DNA from: Ruditapes philippinarum
Lineage: Eukaryota
Assembly: GCF_026571515.1 (NCBI RefSeq)
Contig: NW_026866721.1
Coordinates: 248,001 to 312,000, forward strand
Direction of reading: 5' to 3'
DNA: 64,000 nucleotides
The position numbers were made by a program, and so were the translations under genes. The number at the start of each line of letters is the position of its first letter. Within the stretch, counting starts at the first letter, position 1. Positions 1-10,029 of this stretch are shown here, in pieces. The notes below the pieces were generated by a model. It was not told where the DNA came from and ran no database searches. It saw nothing but the letters and a program-made list of their open reading frames with translations.

Positions 1-2951
1 GTGAAACAAATATTGACGACAAGGATAGTTGTGGCTATACCATCCTGCATCAGGAGAATGACAACACATTGCTGAGCAAAATACCAAAAGTTAGGAAGAA
101 CAACCATTGCCATGGATACATGAAAACATCAACGGTATACCTGATAATTGCTACAACAATAATCGTGTCTGCCATCGTCTCTTCTAGTAGTGGAATTTTG
201 GTTTATTTCGTGACAAAGGAGCGCATGGAATGCACTTGTAACATTCAAGGAATGAAATTCGGATCACCAGAGGTATCCCATACTATGACAAAAAGTGCAA
301 CAGTTGCATTGACTTCCGGTTTATCCGAAGCTATCTCTCTACCAAGTGAAATGTCAACGGATTCTACAACAATAACACCAAACTATTCGTCAACCGATCG
401 TGACATCTCTCTACCAAGTGAAATGACAACGGTGTCTACATTCGAGACGCCAAACAATTTGTCAACTGAACGCGACTCTCAAGGAGTAACGACAACAGCA
501 GCAACAACTCCTGAATATGAAGTTTCCGCATCAAATGTAGTTTGGAATTCGACAACCTCTACTATAAAAGGTTTACTTTTGTACAGAAATAAATATTGTC
601 GCTTTGAAAATTTTTTATTCTATGGAGCATGATTAAATCGTTGAATATTTAGAGATTGGTCTCATGTTGACTTTCAAAAGTTTTCTTTATTTTATCATGA
701 AACCTTTTTCTGCGCTTATTGAAATCAAAGCAACGTAGTGCATTGATTTTTTGGAATTAAACTAGTGCCGTGTTAACGTGATTGGCATAATCAGATAACT
801 ATAATATATCCTTGATTTTTACTTATCCTTGATTATTAAGTATCCTTGGTAACTTATTTCATTGGTTATACATGATTGATAATTGCATTTTCTTGATTAA
901 ACCTCCTTCATCATTACATATACATATAGATCGTTTTTCCGACTTTGTAAATAGTAGCGTAACCGCCATCTTCTAATCCTTGAATATAATAACTATATCC
1001 TAAGTTTTTAATATGTATATCCTTGATTATTATATATCCTTAAATATTTATACATGGTTGTTGCATATCTGATAATTACCTATAAAAGCCAATTCCATGA
1101 ACTCGACGTTTTACTGTAAGTTGTAGAATATGTCTTTGAAACTTTCAGGAAAACCATGTCCAGATGACTGGTTAAAAACTTCATCGTCTTGTTACTATTT
1201 TAGCACAGATTCTAAAAACTGGACGGATGCTTTGGTCAGTATTTGTGGTCTGACTTCATTATCAGCTTGATATTTTGCCAGTGTAATGTTTATTATGTAA
1301 TGATATTATATCGATATTAGAAATTGATGGCATATGATTATAAACAGGCCTTGTCATCCGCCCTTTTTAATTTAAAAAAGAGATAGGAAAGTCAAAATTA
1401 TTACACATATATTCACAGAACGCTTTAAATTATTGAATGTNNNNNNNNNNNNNNNNNNNNNNNNNNNNNNNNNNNNNNNNNNNNNNNNNNNNNNNNNNNN
1501 NNNNNNNNNNNNNNNNNNNNNNNNNNNNNNNNNNNNNNNNNNNNNNNNNNNNNNNNNNNNNNNNNNNNNNNNNNNNNNNNNNNNNNNNNNNNNNNNNNNN
1601 NNNNNNNNNNNNNNNNNNNNNNNNNNNNNNNNNNNNNNNNNNNNNNNNNNNNNNNNNNNNNNNNNNNNNNNNNNNNNNNNNNNNNNNNNGAACTCTTTAT
1701 CTCTTTTAGACAAAGACACATCGTTGAAAGATAAATGCAAAGCCGTGTTTTTATGATCACGTGTTATTTTTTCTACTCTTTTATTGTACTAGGAAGCCTG
1801 CAAAGCATTTGATAGTAAACTTGTTGAGATATCAGATATTGATGAAGACAATATAATGAGAACCAAGGCAAGGAACGTATATAGTGAGTAACAATTATTG
1901 CTCTCTTGGTCAATGAAAAAAAATAAAATAAATAAACATTGCAGACTAGGTTTGGTTAAGTCTGTCAATAAAGGACAATGCTATGCAACATCTCTCATGC
2001 CCTGTAGCACCGGCTGAAGCAGTATTCAATCTCTAACACTATAAAATATTTGGATCATTGGTCCTGAAGGACCGGGAAAAAAATAACAGCACTTTAACTG
2101 CATTTCACATTGACTGAAAAAGGGAACAATGCATGTACTATCAAAGCTAACTAGAGACGGAATTATACATATACGTTGTGTTTTGTCACAACGACAACTG
2201 ATTCGATTTCTGTTTAGATTAGTTACGATTATTTGTTTACAAAATGGATAAAACATAAACGCCGCATTTATATCGGGCATAGGTCTACTTATGCAATATC
2301 ATGATCATTTTAAAGATGAAGAATGATTGATCAATATTCAGTTTATAAACTCACATTTATAAGCATTGCGTTTTTTGACTATAATTTTAAGAATATAAAA
2401 ATACGAATATTGGTAATACAAATATTACTGTTCATGCGTAATACTCATTACCTGGAATTATATGAGCCGTGTCACGACAAAACCAACATAGTGGGTTTGC
2501 GACCAGCATGGATCCAGACCAGCCTGCGCATCCGCGCAGTCTGATCAGGATCCATGCTGTTCGCTATCAGTTTCTCCACTTGTAATAGAGTTGGTAAGCG
2601 AACAGCATGGATCCTGATCAGACTGCGCGGATGCGCAGGCTGGTCTGGATCCATGCTGGTCGCAAACGCACTATGTTGGTTTTGTCGTGACACGGCTCAT
2701 ATAACGTTTCAGGTAACTATTGGATCGGATTAACAGATCAAAGAGATGAAGGCGTGTGGATTTGGAGCGGGAGTAATACTCGGCTAACATCAGAAATGTA
2801 CACGAACTGGTCACCTGGGCAACCCGATGACGCCAGGGGGCGTGGTGAAGATTGTGCTTCTTTAGAAAAACGTTACTCATTTCGCTGGAATGACGAGGAA
2901 TGTTATATGAAATTAAGATACGTCTGTGAAATAAATTTGCCCAAGAGTTAA
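1..2951 (+). CDS. Type II transmembrane C-type lectin receptor (perlucin-like CTLD, QPD/WND type) with Ser/Thr-rich stalk; 5' end lies outside the window
   Basis: Exons <1-570, 1149-1234, 1793-1883, 2713-2951; GT-AG introns of phase 1, 0, 1. The frame is open from base 3 (ETNIDDKDSCGYTIL...). TM segment VYLIIATTIIVSAIVSSSSGILVYFV. CTLD: CPDDW...CYYFS...WTDALEAC...YWIGLTD...WSPGQPD...EDC...WNDEEC...YVCE. Confidence 0.9.
333..476 (+). repeat. 72-bp in-frame tandem duplication in the mucin-like stalk
   Basis: ISLPSEMSTDSTTITPNYSSTDRD (333-404) and ISLPSEMTTVSTFETPNNLSTERD (405-476). Confidence 0.85.
1441..1689. other. Assembly gap (N run)
   Basis: Run of N. Confidence 1.
2463..2699. mobile_element. 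~240-bp palindromic MITE (TGAGCCGCGTCACGACAAAACCAAC family), intronic
   Basis: Near-perfect fold-back with long TIRs and AT-rich flanks; nine copies in the window. Confidence 0.9.
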
Positions 2952-3032
2952 AGTGACCATAAGTTCATCCCAGGAATAGTGAGAAAGACAAAATGTCAAT
3001 AGCTATTCGGACCTTTGTGGAGCTTCTTTCTT

Positions 3033-3380
3033 TTAAAGCTGCACGCTTCCAGATTAGCCAAATTATCTTTAAAAATCTATCTAAGACTTTTAAAAAAAGT
3101 TTAAAAAATCTCCGACATTTAAGTACAATGTAATAATTTGAATTATGTGCGATTAAAGATCAATTGTGCAGTATTCATCATCATATTTCTACTGCGTAAC
3201 TAACGCAGTAAGGGCTATTTTTGCATATTTTGACCTCTTTTTGGTTATTTGCGTGGACTGTAAATGTCGTTTGCAATTTATTGATCATATACGTTGTTCT
3301 TTTGATAATATTTTTTACTTTTAAATAGACGTTAAAATGTTCAGGAACATCAGTATGAATCTGGAGGCGTGCTGCTTACT
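3033..3380. mobile_element. TTAA-flanked Kolobok-like MITE (AGCTGCACGC family)
   Basis: TTAAAGCTGCACGCTTCCAGATT...AATCTGGAGGCGTGCTGCTT; related copies near 31385 and 57220. Confidence 0.55.
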
Positions 3381-4926
3381 TGTTAATTAACTGCTATTTG
3401 AGCCTCATTGTACTTTTATTCATGTTTGTCACCTCATTGTGTCATGTTTGTACATGGAATACGAGAAATACATGTTTTCTGACTTGACCTGACTTGAATA
3501 ACAATCGATAACGATTTATATTAAGTAATGCCATTGAATCACAAGACTAAGTAAAAATAACATAAAATGACTATATTTTCAAAGCATACAGTAAATATGA
3601 TGTAAAGTAATATATTAATGTGGTGTTAATTCACATTGTTAAGTACAAATGTGAAATGTTGAATTCTTTGGACTGGTACACAGCTTATGGCATCTTTCTG
3701 TATCTTGCATTTTTATCCAAAATCTAAAATTACGAATACTCTCTTGGAGGACTCGCTCATAACGGCAACCGGTGGCGAGTAAAAATAAACTCAATTACAC
3801 ACACACATAGTCTTATATAGGCTTTGCAGTTGTGTAAGAGTCCAATAAAATCAGTATTGTACAAAGCAATGAATATTGATATCTTTATTGTACACCTTCA
3901 ACTTTTCGACAGAATTTAGTTACTGCGAATACAATTTGTAATTGGAAGTTTAAAAAATAAAAAAGGCTATAATGAGTACAATTGTGATTTTATACGAATT
4001 TTTTTGTCTGGCAAATGGAAACGAGGCTGAATTGCTAAAATTTGATTCATTTATGATTTATATTGAGAGATCACGTGGTCAAAACGCTGGAAGTTCATTT
4101 TTACATTTTATAAGGTGTGAATAAAAAAAACATTTTTTCTTGCGTATTTTTAATTCAATTGTAATACAATGATTTATTTCTACATGCATAATGCATTGCG
4201 TGTATACAAAAACACTCACTGTATTGTCAGAATTGCTTTTGTAATCAAAAAGCAAATTATTAACAACTACTACGTTCCAAATAAAATAGATTTATAGCGT
4301 GTACATATATATGTGAATAAAACATATACAAGTTATGATATCTACATGTCTATCATAACATTATAAAAGGCATCAGTATTTCGGAGTAATTCGGAATACA
4401 TCATTACCAAAGTAATTACAAAGAAAACGCAAAACCTATTGACAGCAAAATTAAACTGTTGATATTATGTGAAATATTTTTGCGTTTGAACATATTTACA
4501 TATTTGCATCAATCAATTTACAAAATGTTAATTGTATTTCTTCATTTTGTTCATCCTCAATTAGGAATGCATATATACATGTGCTTATTAATTATACATG
4601 AAATTACGACAGATCTTTAGCAGTGAACCCTTAATTTGGTGGCACCGGAAGTGTCTTGACTTGGCAAGTAATATAAATAGAGCAAGACATGTCCGTGCAG
4701 CGTAACCAGGCTCGTTATCGTTAGTACCTCAATTTTTAATATTTTGATATTAAAATTCATAAAATTTAAAAAAAACAGCTGATGCAAATACGAAGCTTGG
4801 CAAATGCATAAAACAAATTCAGTAGGATAAATAACGTGCATTGTTTTTTGACTTTGTGCGTTCAGCGTCTGAAAATAAATATACATGTTTTTATGACAAA
4901 AGAATATCGTCTGCTCCAAAAATATC

Positions 4927-7900
4927 TTATGCTGGGAACTGTGAAGCACTTGACTTTTCACACACGTACATTGCCGGATATTCACAACTTTGAGCATTCC
5001 AGGAAAATCCCAATGTTCCCGCCATGTAACCACACATTCCTTTCGTGGGTTTGCCGTCTGCCCAGTGAGTATAATGTGTGTCTTCTGTTTTCTCGTTCAT
5101 CCATTTCCACTGTCCTTCAAGCGTTACAAGCCCAATCCAGAAGTCACCTGCGTTTTAGTTTTAAGATTATTTTTTTAAATTTTTTTTTCAAGCAAATTTG
5201 AATGACAATTATATTAATCATGATTCGTGTTAAATTGAAAGAAAATATAAACTTTTGGTGCAAAAATTATCTTAATTTATGTTTTGGCTTTAAAGCTAAA
5301 TATTTGACATAAATGTTAATATACAAAACTGCGACCATTAATCTTTCTTAATAATTCACTGTTAATGAATAAAAAATATGTATAAAAATGTGCAAACCGT
5401 GCACTACTTTTTTAACTCATTACTCATTTGGTTTTAATCTTCAGCTCTTTAAAGATAATGAAGGGAAAAATATATAAAGCATGCATACCACCAGTGCAGC
5501 TATAAATTCCACAATGTTGCCATCTTATTTTCGGATCTGTTGTGTAGCACCAAGGAAACCCCTCACCGTCTGGATCACGACAATAATTAGAGGCATTGAC
5601 TAGAGTCTTGTCTGGGAATGTTTCCGCTTTGTTCCGCGTATGAATATGCGGCGTCTGTGAATCCCATCGTTGACACACGTGACCGTCATATGTCGTCTGC
5701 CGCACTCCATTATATTCACTTGACTTATTTTGATAACAATCTTAAACAAAAACATATACTCATATTACAATATTTTTCTAAATTCTATTTTGTTTTTAAC
5801 GTCTTTTTAAACAAGGGAAAAGACAAGGAGAAAGTTGTGGTTACTTTTCATCACGGATTTATATTACACATTTTGTGTCCATTTAGTTTATAAGTGTGAT
5901 ACGGTTTCGAACACACACAAAACAAACAAACAGGAAATTACAATTTTGAAAAATATAAATGGATAGTTGGATATCAAAGTTTAGTTCCTGAAATACATTA
6001 AAACAATTTTAACTTTGATTAATTTGTTTGCATCTGGATTTTTTAAATTTGAATTTATTTTAAAAACTTTTTTTCCCAATTGTTTCGTCATTTCTCGTTA
6101 ACTCAACATATAATAATGACCCGATTTTTGAACGTGTTTGACATATTGTCTCACAAACTCATCTTCTGCCTCTGATTTAATCCCGGCAAGATAACCCCCT
6201 TCATTTTGGCAACGAGTCTGAAAAGAATTTTAAGCTTTTTTTAACCGAAATTATGATGTTTGATTTGAGGGAAATGTCATTGTTCTTGATTTTAACTATT
6301 GAATGTATAAACTCGAAATTAATAAATGGATTACTTTAGATATGTTTTAACAATCCAATAATATTATGTTTTCGTGATACAAATGTACTAATAATAAATT
6401 CAGTCGAAATGCAGAGTAAAGGAATAAATAAATATGCAACCACATATTAGTATAAATATCATTGTCTATCATAGTTGCAAATAATGTCAAGAAGGTTTTA
6501 AGAAAAAGAGCGATAAAACAAGAGAAAAAGAAACAAAAAACAAATTAATCTGTCCCGGATTTTAAACGGATAAAGGGAAACAAACGTCTATCTCGTTTTT
6601 TTGTAATGTAACGTGTAATGTAATCTTGTAATCCATTTTGTAATGTATCTTGGTATCTTGTAATGTATATTGGTATCTTGTAATTAAACTTGTAATGTAT
6701 CTTCTAATGTATCTTACCAATGCAGTTAACCACGTGACAGATTCGTTACTGAACAAGTAGCACGAGTTGCCGTACTCTATCCAGTTACCATGACAACCTG
6801 TTATATATAGAACCAAATTCTGATACGATTCATAGTTTTATATTAATTAGAATTAAAACGACTTCTTTTTCCCTTTGACTTAAAAGAAACAGCAAATGGT
6901 AACAATGTATTGGAGCCGCGCCATTAACAAAACCAACATAGTGCGTTTGCGACCAGCATGGATCCAGACCAGCCTGCGCATCCGTGCAGTCTGATCAGGA
7001 TCCATGCTGTTCGCTTAATAACCCTATTACAAGTAAAGAGACTGATAGCGAACAGCATGGATCCTGTTCAGCCTGCGCGGATGCGCAGGCTGGTCTGGAT
7101 CCATGCTGGTTGCAAACGCACTATGTTGGTTTTGTCGTGACGCGGCTCATTTTTGTTAAGTTGCTTATCTGTTATTGTTAAATGTGTTTTTACTTCAAAG
7201 GCATACATGCATGTTCAAATTATCTACATGTACATGTCTGTAATACATTTAACTTAACCACATCAGACCAATCTTTTCGAAATCAAAATCACATATGCCT
7301 ACAACCTTGTATATTTAGTGACAATACTTTTAAAGAAGACCTTTTGATACTAATTTAAACTAAGCCTTGGAGGTAAAATGTCTTAACCACTGTTGTCCGT
7401 GTGCATGCTCAATCAAATCGAGCTTAAAACATTGCAGCATATTCAATTTTGCCATGTTGACACTCTGTAAGGTTTCCAGTTTTCCTTTTTTGCAGACAGC
7501 ACACAAGTAACAAAACAAACATCATGATAGTAAAGCAATCTTATCTTCTACTTTATATTTGTATCCCTCTTATACTTTGTTACTGCTCATATGTTTAAAC
7601 ATGTTTTCGTTTCTATAGCTTCGAATGCTTAAGGAAAGGACAGTTAATAATGTTGCTAGAACTTGTTGTTCAACCCTTTTACTCTTTGTTAAAATTGTTC
7701 TTATGTGAAAATAATGTTCTTAAATTGTATTCAAAGAGCAATAAAATATTATTAAACTAAAATAAACTTATATCTCCAAATCAATAATAAAAAATACCTT
7801 GGCTAACAATTGATATAGCATTGATCCCTTCGTCTGAGTTTTCCTTTTCAGCTGCCGCTTCGATTTCTGGACTTTGCACTTGTTTCTCGGAAATGGCAAA

Positions 7901-8170
7901 GTCTGATGGGAGGATCACTTTGCATTCCGTGTTTTTATTGGTCAGAAGAAACACAAGAACTCCGCATCCGATGCAACAAATTGCAGCAACGTTCAGGATA
8001 AAAAATATCATCAAACAAACTGACGATCTCTTCAGATACCGATCACCATGAACTTTTCTGGGTGTGTTTATGCCATTCCGCTTATGTGATTCAAGAATTG
8101 TATACACGTTTGGTGATGTTTGAGTTGTCGTGCTGAGATTGTCCAAATTATCAAAATCAGTTTCATCCAT
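4927..8170 (-). CDS. Type II transmembrane receptor with a C-type lectin domain split by an inserted kringle domain, 340 aa
   Basis: Exons 8170-7798, 6797-6718, 6217-6121, 5740-5489 (kringle), 5147-4927; 1023 nt with phases 1, 0, 1, 1. CTLD N-half: CHGNWIEYGNSCYLFS...WLTALTRCQNEGGYLAGIKSEAEDEFV. Kringle: CYQ...YNG...CQRWDSQTPH...NYCRDPDGEGFPWCYTTDPKIRWQHCGIYSC. CTLD C-half: FWIGL...WKW...YTHWADGKP...CGYM...WNAQSC...YVCEK. Confidence 0.85.
5489..5740 (-). CDS. Kringle-domain exon (252 nt, phase 1-1) of the above gene
   Basis: All six kringle Cys and the NYCR(D)PD and PWCYT signatures; acceptor tttaag, donor gtatgc. Confidence 0.92.
6912..7149. mobile_element. Palindromic MITE copy
   Basis: Same family as 2463-2699. 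Confidence 0.88.
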
Positions 8171-9092
8171 TTTGAATTTAATGTTGAAGTATTTTCACTC
8201 AATTTACATATAAAAACATGTTTACATGTTTACCTTAAATTACTAACAAAGTCTGAAAAGATTGATAGCTCGGTTTGTCGGTAAGCGATTATGTGCGGTT
8301 AAACTTTAACAATTTCACGATTAACATTCACTTAATTATACAAATTTGCATTATGTTATGACAAAAAGCCGTGCGAGATAAATATAAACAACAATAAACA
8401 AAATATAATAAGAAGTTTTAATGAATTTGCATATACATGTTGTATATTTTAAGATTAAAAGGTTAAGTAAACAACATAATTCTATTCTTTCCGGGAAATG
8501 ATAAGCTTGATTGCGTAGATGAAGTTAACACTAGGCTAGACGGAGTACAATATTGATTTAATATGGACTTTTTGGACTCGGAAAATAAATGAACAATATT
8601 AATTTGATATAGGTTTTTGGACTAGCAATAACAACGAGACTTGATTGATATGACTGGATCGAATATTGATTTTCATTGGGAGATATCATGGTGCAAACGC
8701 TGAAAATTCATTTGTTACATTTTTTTACGGTGTGATATAACTAAAGTTACACTTGTAGTCAAACAAATACAATATGAGTCCAACAACAACAACAACAAAT
8801 AACCAGTCAATATACACAGGTTAGTCTGGTTCCAAGCATCTATTATAAACATATAGTCAAAGGGCAGGTAATACAGACTATACAAAGGTTTATTTAAATA
8901 ATGTTTCTTTAAACTGGATATTTACTCAAAGAACAGATTGAAATCCAAGAAACTATAAAATCGGATGCATCCAAATTTAATACATGAACACAATACTTTT
9001 ATACAATACAATAAAGTTACCAACATAATAAGGCTGTCTACATGGTTTAATAAAATACATATGATGTATTACTAAAAAACTGTTACACTTTA

Positions 9093-9398
9093 TTAAAAGC
9101 ACATCATGCCTAAGAAATGAATAAATCATGGCAAACAAATGTTTAATAATGTTTTAATAATGAAGCACAACTGAAGAAAGTATCACTGCATTTGCAGTAG
9201 TGTGTGTAAAAGTAGCAAGGTGTAATTAAGGTAGAATTTTAACTTCTATACAAAATAGTAATTCATTACACAACTGCCAATAAAGCAAAAGAATCAACGA
9301 TAGTTCTTGAGTATTTTTTTTAACAAGTTGCAAAAAAAAAAAAACATTTTTTGAGAGATAAAAATGAAAATATTAATGAGGCATAATGGGCCTTTTAG
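9093..9398. mobile_element. Kolobok-like non-autonomous element (AGGCACATCATGCC...GGCATAATGGGCCT family)
   Basis: Short TIRs and TTAA-type flanks; homologous to 12617-12918, 23795-24146, 24502-24844, 39010-39362 and a decayed copy near 42084. Confidence 0.6.
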
Positions 9399-9630
9399 GA
9401 AATATAATTGTGTTAACCATACTGCTTTCTTAAAAGCAGAAACAATTTGACAAATAAATGTTATTACTAGTACAAGTTTGCTGTAAACAACAGTGTGACC
9501 TGTATGATCTGGGTTACCGTACTAATCGTGTCACATCCATCTTTATAACAACTTATTTCTGTTGCCGTAACGGTTATAAAAAGTGCAAAAAGTATGATAA
9601 TAAAAAACAAAGTTTTCAAAAAAATATTTA

Positions 9631-9782
9631 CAGTGCAACCTTTGCAGAGTGGCCCTCTATTGAACAATCACCTATTTACAACAACTGTATCAACTCTTCC
9701 CAAATTAAGACCCTCCCTAGAGAAATACCTCTCGGAAACAACCAAACAACCAAAGGGCGTTGCTTCTGCAGAGGTTTAACTG
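9631..9782. mobile_element. Tc1/mariner-like MITE
   Basis: TA|CAGTGCAACCTTTGCAGA...TCTGCAGAGGTTTAACTG|TA: imperfect TIRs with TA TSD. Confidence 0.6.
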
Positions 9783-10029
9783 TATATTTAAATCCGTTAA
9801 AAATATGAATTGGTATAGATTTTGTCGGTCGTCTTAAGAAGTTTGACTGTATATTTAAAAAAAAAGTTAAAATTTCGTTAAAAAGGAATTGGAATATATT
9901 TTGAAATATCAATTATCACCAATATTTCTCTTAAACTGACAATAAGTCTAGTCATAACTAAATGTATTAAAATGTATAAAAAAATGCAATATAATATTGA
10001 ATATATAACTAAAGTCACGTCAATTGTTT

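Noticed and set aside
1372-1760. ORFs containing poly-X
   Set aside because: Artefacts of the assembly N gap
2323-2693. Recurrent short ORFs ([19 protein letters not shown]...) here and at 6958, 14088, 21483, 28573 and 51895
   Set aside because: Translations of the palindromic MITE, not a gene family
4617-5201. ORF-track ORFs 4617-5033 (-) and 4836-5201 (+)
   Set aside because: Shadow frames of the real lectin last exon 5147-4927 (-)
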